Origin: Isurus oxyrinchus
Lineage: Eukaryota
Length of the DNA: 64,000 bases
Reading direction: 5' to 3'
NCBI GenBank assembly: GCA_026770705.1
Contig: JANJGN010000034.1
Coordinates: forward strand, 6,882,001-6,946,000
Positions 40,431 through 54,280 of this stretch are shown here, piece after piece. A program made the translations under genes and the position numbers. A model generated the notes under the pieces. The model was given only the letters and a program-made list of their open reading frames with translations, had not been told where the DNA came from and did no database searches. The first letter of the stretch is position 1, and each line of letters begins with the position of its first letter.

Positions 40431-41014
40431 TCCTATCTCAATTCATCCGACTTGGAAAATATAAGTAATTAAATGTTCAACTCAGCCCCAAACTCAATAG
40501 CTTCTTATGGGAGAGTGTTCCAGATTTCCACGACGTTTTTTTTTCTTAATGAATGCTTCCTAACTCCATTCATGAACAGTGTAGCTTCACTTTAAAAGCA
40601 ATTCCCATTTGGTCTTGAATACCCCGTCAAACAATATTGCCGCCTCTTAAATCTCTCAATAATATTACACTAAACTTCTGCTGAATTAAAGATTCCTCGA
40701 CTGCATATCCCGTTATCAGTAAAAACTATCCCCACCACGCCCACCCGAACCTGTCCACCCATTGCCCCGCTAATAGGCATTATAATAATAATTGAACCTG
40801 AACTGCAGTATCGGGGACGTCACTATTTCCTTCCTAAGGTGTTAAGCCCACAATTTAAAACACCCCTCTAATCCGTTTTAGGCAGACTGTGATCTGATTG
40901 TTTAACTGACCAACACACTGAAACATGTAAATCCAATTGTCTGCCAATGTGCAACTCTTTTGGCAGTATAGTTACTTTGAATGTTTAAAGTTCTGAAAAT
41001 TTGTTCATTTACAG

Positions 41015-41038
41015 AAGATACTGCGAAATTTAAAGATG
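41015..41038 (+). CDS. 24-nt microexon EDTAKFKD (short 27-nt type)
   Basis: ttgttcatttacag|...GATG|gtaatt; sits at the expected place in the alternation. Confidence 0.75.
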
Positions 41039-41839
41039 GTAATTTATTGTGAAACCCAGCATATTTGGATGCTTGCAAATGTATCTTTCCACGTTAAAAT
41101 ATTTGGTCCTGTATGCATTGATATCATGGTTAGCAGTATTAAATTGAGGGATGTCAAACCTCGTTTATTAGAAACACGTCAGTTTCAGGGACAGAAATCC
41201 TCAACTGGAGAGTTGAACACATAATTAAGGCCGACAATCCGACGTGCAGAAACAAAGCGGGAAATTTGTATTCAAAATGCCATTTCTCAGAAGAGACCGT
41301 AAACTAGCTCATGTCTTCCTTCTGAAAACATATTGCACAGTTGCAATTGCAAAAGATTTAGCCCCTGTGCAACAAATACACCCTCACATCTTGTTATGAG
41401 TTCACTGATGTTAGAAAATATCAAGCAAATATGAAAAAACTTCTGTGTTGATATATGTAGATGACAATGAGCAACGTGATTCGCCACAAACAGCAAGACA
41501 CCTGCTCGAGTGGGAGTATTAAACTGGTTCTATCTTTGAGGGCATCAGTTCTATTGTTCAGTTGTTTTTTTTTTCCGTTCATGTTAATCAGCAACAATGC
41601 TGAGTGGGAGATTTGACAAGTGGCTGATGTGATACAAGCTCTTAGGGACTGTTGCTGGCTGTATCTGTTCCAGGGGAAAGTCATACAGATGAACTCATGT
41701 ATCGATCAAGTCGCTCGCACTTGTGTGTCGAAGAAGCCAGGCTAATATATTGCTGAAGAGCAGAGGAGTGTCCCTGGTGACTTGGCCAGTATACTTGCTT
41801 CAATAACTGCCCCAATATTCTAATGCTTTTGCTTAACAA

Positions 41840-42330
41840 ACATCTTAGATTCAAAGCTTGCATTTTTATCTAGCATCAATAGCAAGTTGCATGAATGATT
41901 TCCAATGTTTATCACACACTGCATTTACTAGTACTTCATAGCCTCTCTCCTGGGTAGCCTGATATTAAAAATTGAATTGTGTTCCACTGCCATCGATGGT
42001 CTAAAGATCGGAGAAGTTTCTTCCATGTCTCGGCTATCTGTTCCTCTTAATATCTTGAAATGTTTAATCAAAAACACCTTTAATTCATTTATTACAAGCA
42101 TAGTTTGTTTAATCTCTCCTCGCAGTTTAATTCTTGCATTGCAGACATCAAACTGCATATAACTGCAGTTTGAACTCCCTCCTTTGCCAATATACATGTT
42201 TAAGCTTTAGCGCTTTGCATAGTTGATACATATCTTGTCTTTTTGTAATGTACTAAGGTTTTGCGTCATCACACATTAAGAAGTATTTTCAAAGTACGCT
42301 GTTATGATCTGACGTCTCGAAAAGTATTGC
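41840..42330 (-). mobile_element. Degenerate CR1 fragment, reverse
   Basis: LIKHFKILRGTD on the minus strand. Confidence 0.6.
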
Positions 42331-42489
42331 CATAAAATGTTTTTGATTTTCTTCAACACGTTCCCCTGTCAATCAAGAGTATCAATTTATAAATACAATT
42401 CTTCAACTTTGTACAACCAGGGATATGCTAAAATCTCTCGAATTGCTTTTGAGATGAAGGAACTGAAATAATTTATTGTCATATTGCAG

Positions 42490-42525
42490 AAATCGCAGAC
42501 TGCAAAGGCTTGTTAAAAAAATCAG
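42490..42525 (+). pseudogene. 36-nt microexon with dead donor (EIADCKGLLKKS)
   Basis: tcatattgcag acceptor; Cys5 kept; followed by ctaaga instead of gtaaga. Confidence 0.75.
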
Positions 42526-44629
42526 CTAAGACCATAGGGTGGAGAATATTCAAAAACGTTTCACAGTTAAATCTAAACGCAATTAGAATAACATATTGCT
42601 GATGTGCCATGCATTTCCCAGATGTCTTCATGTATTCTGCATTATTTCACCGACGGTTTCTGTGCGTTCAACTTGGAAACATTTTTAAACTTACAAAAAT
42701 GAAAGCCAAAGAGGAACATTGATTGACTTCGGAACTCTGTGCTTACACATGCATTTCAACTTGATCCTTGTGCATTTGCATGCGCCCGATTTGAAAAGTA
42801 ATAGGCAAGTAGAATGTTCTGTTAGCCACAGGAACGAGGGAATATCAAGCATGGATAAATAATAACATTATTGTTTCTGTGATATTCTCGAGTTTTGAGC
42901 ACATAAATCAGACCAGTTAGATTACTTTCCACAACAAATGGCACTGCAAGAGAAATATAAATGCAATAGGAAACACAAAGTTAGGGAAAAAGAAACAATC
43001 TCCCACAGCAGGTTGGCATGCTGATAGTTACATCAGAATTCCAGTGAGCTGGGAATCATGGGAAGCATGGCAAAGAGTCCACCATTCTCTTTCAGTGTTT
43101 CAGAACGAAATACGTTCAACGAAATCTTGCAGTCCGTTCGCTTACAGATCTCATGGCTGCCGTTCTTGATAAAGAAATGGCAGCCTGGTGAACTGCCGCC
43201 GACGCTTAAGCTAATCCGTAAGTGGATGAGTTTGCGGAAACAGATATGCTTTGCTAGGATTGGAGATTTGTGGGATTTTTTTTTACGGAGTTGGAAACGG
43301 ACGAGCTTCATGAGAGAGAATGTATGAGCTGAAAATGACATCTCCCATAAGGAAACAAAAAACAAAGGATTAAAATATTCCAGTTTTGTTCGTGACAGAA
43401 AACTAGAATAGGTCAGCAGGAAACATAAATTGTGTTTCGGGCCATATCTATTTACTGCTGAAAATCTGGCCCAGGGCCTCCTCGCTATGTCGCTGAGACT
43501 GAGGTGTACAACAACATTTAGCTCGCCCCCTTCATGATAAAGATTTTTCTATGGGCTTTCACAATGCCCTTTTCCCTTGCACCAGGGAGAAAGTACACCA
43601 ACAGGAACTCACAGCAGAGATATCTGTTTGCCTTAGTTCTATTAAATCTTCTATAACTGCTTTATTTCCGCTCTTTTTTTTTACTTTATATGCATTCGCT
43701 TTCCCATTATATTTGAGACCTGGAGTTAACTCCGTCAAGGCATATTCCCTGTCAGAAGTCTCCAACAGATAGCGAGCGCCATATTTCACGAAGACGTGTG
43801 TGCTTCCCGTATCTTCCTTCATTTCCACGTGACTATCTATTATTCTGAAATCACACTTCCTGTGTTGCGGCCAGCTCATCTAACACATGGTCTATAAAAA
43901 ACCTAGCCCCCCCCCCGCCCCCCCCCCCGCCCCTGACACTATACAATGACACAAAACACCATCCCTCCTCCACCACAAACACTCCACTCCCCCAAAACCT
44001 TCCCCTCCCCTTACCTCACCTTAAGCCTGCTAATTGTGAGTTCGAACAGCAGCAGTTTGAGACCCTTTTTACACCCATTCTCTCCAAGACAATTAAAGGG
44101 TCTAGTTTTTTTGTCATGGCGCATCAAGTGCAACGAACAACTCTTTGATAATGATCCGTGCAAACAAGCTCCTTTTTCCCGGTTTAACGTTCTAGTTAGT
44201 GCCTTGGTTGAATTAATAATTTTAATCCATGCTTCAAGCCCTTTAATCCCTGCAAATAGAATCATTTTTTTCATCTAAAATTTTGCCTTATCACAGGTAG
44301 AGAAATTTGGAAATACTCAACAACGAGTCGCAGAACTGTTTTCCTTGCAGAGAAAAAAATGTATCTTCATTTTTTGATTAGGTTACACATGCCTTCAGAT
44401 CCATTTCTAACTATTTTATTCTCTCGCTGGATTGTTGGTGCCATCACTATCGGGCATTACCATTCCACTGCTGCCGTGTACTCACTGCTCTCCCCTTTAG
44501 GTCGTTTCCCTTTATCTCTGTTGAGGTCTCGTAACTCCATACGCAAATGCTAAAAACAGATCGAATTTTGGCTTAATTTGACATTCTGGCAATTATATTA
44601 CCGTTTATTCTCAACTTGAATTCTCACAG

Positions 44630-44656
44630 AAGAGGCTCTGGGTAAAAAAGACAAAG
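44630..44656 (+). CDS. 27-nt microexon EEALGKKDK
   Basis: attctcacag|...AAG|gtaaac. Confidence 0.8.
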
Positions 44657-44851
44657 GTAAACACGTTTAATCATTTTTTGCTTATCAACTTTGAAATCGA
44701 ATTAAACGTTATGATTCAATACCGAATTTTAAATAACTATTACTGGTGCCTCTAATTGCCATGTTGCTATATTTGCCGTGGGATCTTTATTATAATGACA
44801 ACGATTTTGATGAACTGAGTTTCGACAATAGCAGTTTAACTTCTCTGCCAG

Positions 44852-44878
44852 AGTTGAAGGCTCCAGTCTGCGGAATTG
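44852..44878 (+). CDS. 27-nt microexon ELKAPVCGI
   Basis: acttctctgccag|...|gtcagc; starts like the 36-nt type (AGTTGAAG). Confidence 0.65.
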
Positions 44879-44958
44879 GTCAGCTAATTTTTGTTATCAC
44901 TTGCGGACACATTGCTGAGTGTGTGTGTGGCTGCAGCCAGGGGTACAATTTCCTCCAG

Positions 44959-44977
44959 AAACTTGACCCGAGATCTG
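44959..44977 (+). other. 19-nt exon-like unit (frame-breaking)
   Basis: tttcctccag|AAACTTGACCCGAGATCTG|gtaagc; phase 1 reads E-T-stop; one A fewer would give ELDPRS. Confidence 0.45.
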
Positions 44978-45329
44978 GTAAGCTCAAACACAAACATGGC
45001 ATCGCTCTACAAGGAGCACAGGAGTTAGCTTCACAAAATCATGGAACAATTGCAACACAGACGAGGTTCCTTCATCCCCTTGTGTGTGTGCCCGTTCTCT
45101 GTAAGAGCTGTCTGGCTATTTCCTCGCCAGTAACGTTGCTTATTAAAGCAAACTAAATAAACCAAAATCATCCTCCGATTAGCCACTGTACAGGCATATA
45201 AATGTAACAATGGAATAATGAGTTCCAAAAACTCAGATCATTAACTCTGACCTTCGTGTTGAAATTCCTTTCCCTAAATGATTTGCCCCGCAAAACCATT
45301 TGTAACTTGTTCTTAGATTTTGCTTTCAG

Positions 45330-45356
45330 ATAGCGCTGTCTCTTGTTGTGCTGCAA
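45330..45356 (+). CDS. Candidate 27-nt microexon DSAVSCCAA
   Basis: ttttgctttcag|...|gtatat; open in phase 1 but no consensus match. Confidence 0.3.
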
Positions 45357-45499
45357 GTATATTCTGCTATCTGACATTTATGCAACTTTAAGCACGTCTT
45401 TGTCTTTAATGCTGGCATTTCATCTTTGTCAAATCTCTCCTGTAAAATTCCTAATCAAATGATGACTTACGCTCCTCTACTTTGCTAAGAGAACGGGAG

Positions 45500-46030
45500 G
45501 AGCAGCATCACCTTTTCGATTGGACACTGCAGCATTCTACACTTAATACCGATTTTAACAAATTTAGAGCATGATGTATTCCATCCATTTTCATGTTTTT
45601 TTTACGAACGCCCTCGCCACTACTGGGACAGTCGGTAGCTTCTTCAAATGTTTCACTTCCAGGGAACCAAGAACTTTTTTCAGCTACTAACACATTCCGC
45701 TCTAACCTTTACGTCCACGTTACTATCTTTTTGTTCTTTAACAATCTCATTCCCACTCCCTTTCTCTGGCATTGAAGGTATCTTTATCAAATCTCTCGTG
45801 AGCTCCCATATATCCCTAACCATCTTTTTTTGCCTCCATATGCTTCATGCCCTCTAGTCAACAATATAAAACCCATTACATTTCGACATCTGATCAGCGC
45901 TGAAGAAATCATGAAGCATCGAAATGGTAAATCTATTTGTCTCTCCACAGATGCCGCAAGCCTTGCTAGGTTTTTACTTTTTTCAGCATTATTTGTCTTT
46001 ATTTCCGATTTTAGTCATCTGCACTTTTTC
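45500..46030 (+). mobile_element. Penelope-like element 3' end
   Basis: HLFDWT/FRLDTAAF..LNTDFNKFR resembles the GIY-YIG terminus; followed by the tctctccacagatgc..cttgctag terminal repeat, related copies near 26680, 39410 and 50590. Confidence 0.55.
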
Positions 46031-49000
46031 CCTTCATTTAACTAAAATTTAAATTGAATTACCCGACCATACTGGAAGATGCAAAAATCCTCACTTTTTA
46101 TCGCAGATGCTTTCCACTGCGTATCTCCAGGGTGACTTGACAAAGTCAAGACGAAGGGAGATCCTTTAAGATGCTGGCCATTACTTTGTTCCAGATGCCC
46201 ACACCTTTCAAGTTTGGACAGCCAGAGCACACCACCCCCCCCCCCCCCACCCCCCCCCCCCGCTCAGCATTCTCTGGGCAGAGTGGCCATCTTCAATTTG
46301 ACTTTGCCCTCATTCAGAACAATTAGCACATTATTGGGAAAGCATTGGCGGCACGACCGATGTGAAGTAATACGCGTGAGACATCTCAAAAGCCAGAAAC
46401 GTAAAGATCTGTATGAACAGTCCAATCCTGCTGAGGAAACTTTTGGTTTATTTGCAAGAGTTCGCCACCCGGTATCACGGATTGTTATTGTGGCCTAAAC
46501 CAAGTTTGCTCTTGGAAGCGACGGCCTCACAAGCGGTAGTCAAAAAAATTGAACAGTTACATTTGCGGCTGAGTTAATAGTATCGGTGGAACACAGAATG
46601 AATAAAGCTTCTACCAGAGGGTCGGAAATGACCCTTTGCTGTGAGATGAATAGGGATAGAAATAGAGAGGGTGAAAATGGATCTCGGAGCGACTTTGCAC
46701 AAAGCACGAGAAAGCATATACTGAGGAAATCGTCTACGAATCTGTGCCTTTTTCAAAAAATTGAAATTTACGTTATACTTTCTACTGAATATCACTTGGC
46801 ATTGTTTTCTTTAAGCATTTCTTTACACATTTCTAATTTTTCCCGCCTTTGAGGAAGAGTGCGGTAGTAGTGCAAGGGTTCGCGAGGTGATTATCAGCCT
46901 CTTCAGTCAAATCGTGACTGATGCTTCCGAGGCTAAAATGTCCTAGCATGTGACTTGCGAGCAGAACACCTGGCTTGGATGTAGCAGTGCAAATCCAACG
47001 CAATGTTTCACTTTTCCGCCGCTAATGTTAATTTTATTCTAATTTACACTATATTTAAGTGCCATTTTGTCCAACAGCGCCTTATGTTCGGGTCAGTTCG
47101 GCTGTTTAGGTTATTGGTCGCCAAGGGATTGTAACAAAGTTTTGGGCTCATATAGGCATCTCCAATTGTTAGGTTGTGAAGTGGCCTCACTGAAATTTTA
47201 CAGAATTCAAACAAACAAGGTTCGCATTCAGTTTTGCTGTTTTCCTAGTGGAATCGGCAAGAATACATTTCATTCGCAGACCTTATTGCATGCAACGACT
47301 TTTTTCAATGGTGCCTTAGAGTAGTTGATAAAAACATAGTTTGAATGTTTTAGCAAATATATTGGGTGCTGATTTGAAATCAAGATTTATTAAGGCAGAA
47401 ATTGCTGCAGATATCCCTCATTATCTGATGCTTAATGTGAGAAAAAGGGTTATTGCTCATTTTAAATGGGACGAAGAAGGCTTGCATATGATGAAGGAAG
47501 AACGACAACGAAATGTAAAGTAGAGGGGAAGAGATTGGATCTGATTTTGAAAGAAAAAAAAAGTCGAAGGGAAAAATAATTAAGGGCATGTTGTAACATA
47601 ATGAACATTGTGGAAAAAGCTGGAAAATTGGAAAGAATAATTCCCCAATTAGTGCACGTTCATTGAGGGCAGAAAGCCAGATTGCCAATAAACTACTCCT
47701 CATACTTTCCAGTTGACAAAACCGATTCTCTTGTTATGTAAAGTTAGTGCAGGAGCAGATATTCACATTTTGTAATCAGCGAAATTTGCCGTGATGCTAA
47801 CGACACTCAAAGAAGATCGAATTATGTTTCCAAATATCTCCGTCATAAGTTCACTCAGATGACTATATCATCGTAAAGACTATTGTTCTCGATGGTTTCA
47901 ACTAGATCCAAAGGCTTACAGACATAACCTAACATTGTGAAATCTGCTAGAGGACAGGAAATGGTTTTCAATTGGTGATTTAGATACATTAAGTTTGAAA
48001 AGGTATTTTCCAGTCAATTAGATAAGTGATTTTTGTTTGGAATCACAAAAGTATTATTATAATTAGTGGTAGTAGTATCAGTAGTGATAGGCGTAATAAT
48101 AATAATAATATTGAATAACCTGGCATCCTGAAGTGCATAAAGTTCATAAAGCAGAGTAAGGCAGTAGTGGCATCCAATTTTGAATTCTCTCGCAGACATA
48201 CTAGTAACAAAATTCCGTTTTAAATCTCAGAAAATAACTGAGACAAAATGTTTGGCAGTGATAAACAATATCCTTCTACTGGGGAAGAGGACCAGGCTCA
48301 CGAGAAAATCGCTGCTCAAATTTGTAAATGGTGAGGGTAAGTTTATTTAGAGGGCACAAAATTGCTGTCCTTGTCTTTAAAAAAAATGAAGAGTGAATGT
48401 TAGACGTTGAACAGCAAGATTGTAGCATTCCTATGCAAGCTAAGTTTCCCTCAAGAAAATAATGCCGTTGCACGTAAAGCTCCTAATGAGGAAACGGTGC
48501 CTCCTTTGTGTCCTGATAAAATGAACCAGGTTTCATGAAATTATAGAAGTATTTTGATTAAGGATAAAGTGTCCCTCTTTTTGTCCAATAACGCAAGCAA
48601 AGTGAATTGGTATCCGTAAACATACAGGGGCGACGATCACTGTGATTAAGAGGTTGCATGCCAGATCGCTTAATGAATGCAAGTGCATTGGGACAGTGCA
48701 TTATTGAATATTATTTGTCTGTTCATTTTTTTTAGAGTTAATTAAAATGTGACTTAATTTCAGATCTTGTCACCTTTGGCATCGTTCATAATTTGTTTTA
48801 TTAACACTTGAATTTTCTTTGTCAGTAATGACTTAGCTGGGATTTGGGGTTTCTGTATCACCACTCACTTCGGGACAATTGCAGCTGCTGCTACTCAGGT
48901 TTTATAGGGAAAGCTGATTGGTTCGAAAGAAAACTTTTTGCGTATGTAGATCAGCTCTGAATATTGATATTTGAATGAAAGATCTAACAGAACAATTAGC

Positions 49001-49240
49001 AACTCGGCCTGCCCGTTGGAAATGACATTGGAGCATTAAGCTAAAGAGCAACAAAAAACATCAGTTGAACACATTGTCAAGTTGATTTAGTTAAGAGAAA
49101 ATTAAGGGAAGGAATGTAAAAATAACAAGATGGGACTAAATGGATAGTAGTTGGACTGAAAGACTGTGACTAAGGATGAAAGCCTTCTGTTTTGAAAACA
49201 AACGAAAGTCGAGTTCAGTTTCAAAATTGCAGTTTTGCAG

Positions 49241-49263
49241 AAAAAATTGTTCTTGAACGCGAA
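49241..49263 (+). pseudogene. Possible decayed short-type microexon (23 nt, EKIVLERE)
   Basis: gttttgcag|...|gtaatta has the same donor context as the 27-nt exons but is 1 nt short of 24. Confidence 0.3.
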
Positions 49264-49719
49264 GTAATTATTCAGAGAGAGGAAGAGGCAACAATTTCCG
49301 AAGCTGAGTAAGAATAAAAGCTCGTGCTTACTCAGATTACTAACAATAGAAATAAATTAAATGTAAAGGCTCTGAAAAAAATTAAGTGGTGCTTCCCTTG
49401 GTAATAAAATGAGATGATTGTACAAAACGGAGCAGATTCAAGCCTGTGTCTCCTAGAAATAAATTGGGAATGGTAAAATCAAAGAACGAACGTGCATTAG
49501 TTTTTAAAATGGTCCCGAATTTAGCAATGATGAGGAGGATTCACACAATGTTGGGTACAATAGGTTGTGTGGCTGGCTGTTATTTTTTTCAAATATGGAA
49601 ACTAGAGATGCAGACTTGGATTAAAAGGAAGATTACACATGAACACATGGTTTCAGAACCTGTTTTCTTTTTTATGTAACAACTCCGAGATTCACACAAA
49701 AACCCTGATGACTGTCCAG

Positions 49720-50200
49720 TCCATAGAAGGTTTGTCAGGACGATGCTTGGACTGGAAGGCCTGAGCTATGAGTAAAGATTGGATAGGCTAGCTTTATTTT
49801 CTTTGGGGAACTCAACGTTGAGAGGGGACCTGATAGAGGTCTATACGATTATGAGGGGCATAGATAATGTGGATAGGAAGGCAGTTTTTTCCATTCGTAG
49901 AAGGGTCACTAACCAGGGGGCATAGAAATAAGGTAAGATTTGAAAGGCGAAGAGGGGAGTTGACGAGAATTTCGTTCACTCAGTGATTGATATGAGTCTA
50001 GGCATCACTGCCTGAATCGTGGCTGAGTCAGAAACTTTCGTAAGATTTAACAAGTATTTAGGTAGCGACTTGCATTGGTATGGCCTACTGGGCTGTGGGC
50101 ACAGCGCTAGACAATTGGATTCGTGCAGTCAGATCTTTGTTGACGGGCGCAGACACGATAGGCAGAATGGCCTCCTTCTGTGCTGTAAATGTCTATGGGT
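49720..50200 (+). mobile_element. CR1-type LINE 3' end
   Basis: LRGDLIEVYTIMRGID; tail cagaatggcctccttctgtgctgta. Confidence 0.88.
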
Positions 50201-51238
50201 CTATGGATCTATGTCCGCTTTCAAAGCAGAGCAGTGCAATTTGCAGCACCCAGAAAATAAGTAGTGGCATGATCGAGAATTAATCCTTGTGTCCCAGTTC
50301 ATAGACGCCTGTGTCCAGAAATCATTTAGACGGCCAGCCGACACGTGTGATAGAATAATTTCAAATCTTTTTTTTTTGGAGCCTGCGCTTACCTTTAAAC
50401 ATTTCATTTCAGGTTTTAATAACAGACATCTGAGACATCAGCCTGCGGTAGTTTCTTAGGGAGACGGCACTCATTAGGAAGAGAAAAAAACACGGGGACA
50501 ATATTTCAACCTGTGGTGAGAACAATAATGTGAGATCTTGTCCTGTAGTGTTTTCAGCGAGTTCTCAGAACAGGATGATGCAAAACATTGCATATGCTGG
50601 AAATATGAAACAAAAACCAAAAAATTGGGAAAAGTTCAGCAGATCTAACGGCATAAGTGGAGAAAAAAAGAGTTAACATCTTAGGTCCACCAGCCCCTAA
50701 AATTCATATGTACTCGAAACGTAAACGCTATTTTTTTCTCTCTCGCCACAGATGCTCTAAGGTCAGCTGAGTTTTTACAGCATTTTGTGTTTTTCTCTCA
50801 GGAATGTGGCTGTAAAGCAAAACGTTATGAGACTACTGAAAAGGTGGAAATTTCAAGGGATATCTGTGTGAGCAGTCCTGATGCGCTGAGGAGCAGGGCT
50901 TTTTGTTTGTTTTACCAAAACAGTGCACTATGGTGCCCTGGAGTGCTCGGGCGCCACCTGCTAAATTTACCGGTGGAGTGGCCAGTAAATCCATTGAATT
51001 TACATTAATTGTATGCGCTGTTTAAACTGTAATTTAAACAATTTGTCTGACATATTCAGGTTTAATTTCTACTGATTTTGCTTTGATAATTTCAGGAACA
51101 TTTTGAAAAACGCTAAATATTTTAGTTCTTTTGCACTGCTTCTATCCTTTACGCTAATGGTATCCAGGGGGATAGAAACGAAATTTTATTCGAACATGTG
51201 TGCAATTTAACCCTTAAAATGTAAACTATTTTCCTCAG

Positions 51239-51247
51239 AATTGCCAG
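51239..51247 (+). CDS. Candidate 9-nt microexon ELP
   Basis: ctattttcctcag|AATTGCCAG|gtagca; phase 1-1; 123 nt before the next exon. Confidence 0.5.
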
Positions 51248-51370
51248 GTAGCAATTCATCCTGCACTAAAACTATTATGAGCATACATCACTCATTTCTT
51301 ACCCACGAAATTCTGATGTTTGCAGTGACAGACAGATGCTGGATTTAATATTAATTCTTCTGTGTTCCAG

Positions 51371-51406
51371 AATTCGCTGAATGCAGTAAAGCTTCGAAGG
51401 ATGCAG
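51371..51406 (+). CDS. 36-nt microexon EFAECSKASKDA
   Basis: ttcttctgtgttccag|...CAG|gtccga; Cys5. Confidence 0.8.
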
Positions 51407-52731
51407 GTCCGAAAATTCGTCATACTATTTTTTGGACGTTCTGCCCTAAAAACTCCCATTTCTTCAATTATCATGTTTTTCCTTTTCTAGTGGAAATGAT
51501 TGTAAGGTACCAGAATTGAACGGTGGCAGCTTTCAAGTGTCGAGGAGAATTCTTAATCCCGTGCTTTTTCACATTCCTGTTTTGTGGTGAAATTGGAGTG
51601 AAAATACAAGGTGTTTATCGATGCAAATAAATAATTTCACAAGGGCCCAATTTAAAGATTTATGCGCCTCATACCAGAACTGCCTGAATGCCTGGTTTGT
51701 CAGTAAAGGCTGAATTAACTTAGGCTCTTTCCTCGAGCGCAGAAATGGCCAAGCAAGGGACATTAAAATGACGAGGGATGTTTACAGGGTGGGAGTAGAG
51801 GTGCTTCAGTTAAGAAGCACCAATTACTGATATCAGAAATGCGACCTCCACTAATGAATAAAGGAGGGAATTCAGGTGGAACATTCTTTACACGGGGAGC
51901 GGTTGCAATTTGATTATCTTTCCCACGGGTTTCCATTGAGAAATAAGCCTGCGTGCATTTAAGTGCATTTGGTCGAGCACAGACAGAAGAGTTGTAGAGT
52001 CAATGCAAACCTATGTTGCGGGTAACATCTAATTAAGTGTCTATTTGTTGCAGTTCTGCCTTGCCGGTCCCATGAAGTGAAGGAAAGCGGGAATTATGTA
52101 GCTTATACATTGGACAGGCAGGTCGACACCACCTGTGTTAGTGTTGGTTTCTCAAGGAGGATTTTCATGAGGTGCCAACGAATTTAATGCTAAACCCCAG
52201 TATAGCCGTGTGGAAATATATAGAACAAACGAATCTGTGCATCATTTCTGTTTCCATAGTTTTAGAAATCGCTGATTTTTTTATTGATTTATTGGGAGTT
52301 TACGCTTGTCCCTGCCATGAGATCATTTTGCATCCCGTTTGGAAATTCCCTTGGGAAATGGGTTGTGAGTCTCCTTCTTGAACATCGAGAGGTAGTTGGT
52401 TTGCTGGGCGGAAGAAACAGTTATAAATCAACCCATTTTGTGCATATTTATCGTATTTTCAAAGAGATATTTAAATACTTTATTAAAAGTGTTAGTTCAG
52501 CTTGAACTCACATCTCTGCATCACCGGTACAGGCAGCTGGATTATACCGTAGAAACAGTATTGGAGATGCAAGAACATCTGATTGCTTGTGAATGGATGA
52601 TCATTTAAGAAGGCCTCCATGAATATATCCAACCAGGGTTGGCCATTCCATTTGTGTTGTATAGGAGCATATAAGTGAAATACACATTCATTTACCTGTT
52701 TATTTTAAAGTGACATTTGTCTTTTGAGCAG

Positions 52732-52758
52732 ACGATGAGCTGGAAACAAATGAAGAAG
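52732..52758 (+). pseudogene. 27-nt microexon with dead donor (DDELETNEE)
   Basis: cttttgagcag acceptor; followed by ttgcaa; SINE relic follows as in the other units. Confidence 0.6.
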
Positions 52759-53099
52759 TTGCAATATCTATCTTGGAATGACCTGTTAACAGAAATTGTG
52801 TGCAAGTGTTATTGGTTGGTAGCGTGGAACAGGCTGAGCCGCGAGTTTACAGTACCCAAACCCACTCCAGGCAGTTTGCAAACTAAACTGCGTCAAAGAA
52901 AACCCAGAGCACCACTGCAGTATCATTGTTTAGTGCAGGTGACGCAGTTTCTGATGAGGTGCGAAATCTCGCCTATTCTATCAGATAACAATTAAGCATC
53001 AAACGCTCCTTTATGTAAAAAAATGATTTGCAGTTGTAGCGTCACCTCACTGATTGACATTCCTCAACTATGATTGTAAAATTCTGTCGAAAATACCTT

Positions 53100-54280
53100 T
53101 GAATAGATATCCCATAGCACCAGATTAAATATGGTCAGTGAATTTGAAGTCAGTAGAGAAAGCAGATTGTCAGATTACTTCAAGACAGATTGTGAGAGTA
53201 AGAGTTAATGTCAGTTATTAAGTGTGGCAGCAGTTGGAAATTTGTCTTTGTAGGGGCTCACTTTTCGGGCAACTATAGATCACAATTTGTATTAAGGGTT
53301 GTGACGTCGATATGAAAAAAGGAAGTATCTGGTTTTGCAGATACAGTCAACTTGCACGCTCCAAGCGAAGTGGAATAGGAAAAGCTGAAGAGGACAGCAG
53401 CAATTTAGAGGATAACATTAACAACCTCGTCGATTGTGCAAATAATTGGCAAATGCATTTCAAAAACTGATAAATGATAAAGCATCATGCTTTAGTCGGA
53501 AGGATGGTGAGAACTTATCATTTTTGGAACGTGCAAGTCTTCCAGGGTACGGGAATGAAGGGATTTAGGAGTCTAAGTGCGCCAATCGTTTAAATTCTGC
53601 AGGAGCCTGGCAAACCCATAACACAACAAAGCAAAACACTATGCTTTGTGGAAGATGGATACTTGTGAGAAGTCAGTCATGCTGAACTTACAACGGGCCT
53701 TTGAGTAGAGCCCATTTAGAGGACTGCATTCAATTCTGGTGACAATATTCTATATAATAAAGACATAGAAACAGTGGAGGGTGAAGACAACGTCCAGCGA
53801 ATAATACCAAAAGTATTTTACTGTACATATCAGGAAACGATTAACCAGCTGCATCTCTTTAATCTTGGGTGAAAAAAAGCTATGAATACCAAGAGATGAC
53901 GTAATGGAATCATTTAAATTCGTAAATGTATTGAGTTAGTCGATGCAGAGAGAACGTTTTCTCTCATGGGGAAGAGAATAACTGGAGGTCATAAATAAAT
54001 GGTAGTTATCTAGAGATCGAATAGTAAATACAGCAGAATACTCTTTCCCAAAATCCTCGGGAACATGGGGATTCACTTTAAAGGAAGTGGATAAAGAAAA
54101 ACGTATGCAATTATATAGCATTTATGGGAAGGTTAGACAAGCAAATGATGGGGAAGTGATTTCGAGAGTTAATTGATACATATGCGCATGGATGAGGTTA
54201 CATGTGCAAACTCTTAAGGAAATTGTACTGAAGCATAAACTAGTTGGGCGGCCGCAAGGCCTATTTCTATGCTGTGCAGC
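53100..54280 (+). mobile_element. Highly degenerate CR1-type LINE inserted in a SINE relic
   Basis: WQMHF, RAHLEDCIQFW motifs; tail ggcctatttctatgctgtg. Confidence 0.75.

Noticed and set aside
50801-50842. 42-nt exon-like unit (ECGCKAKRYETTEK)
   Set aside because: Has a stop in phase 1, and its acceptor is the T-rich end of a dispersed repeat.
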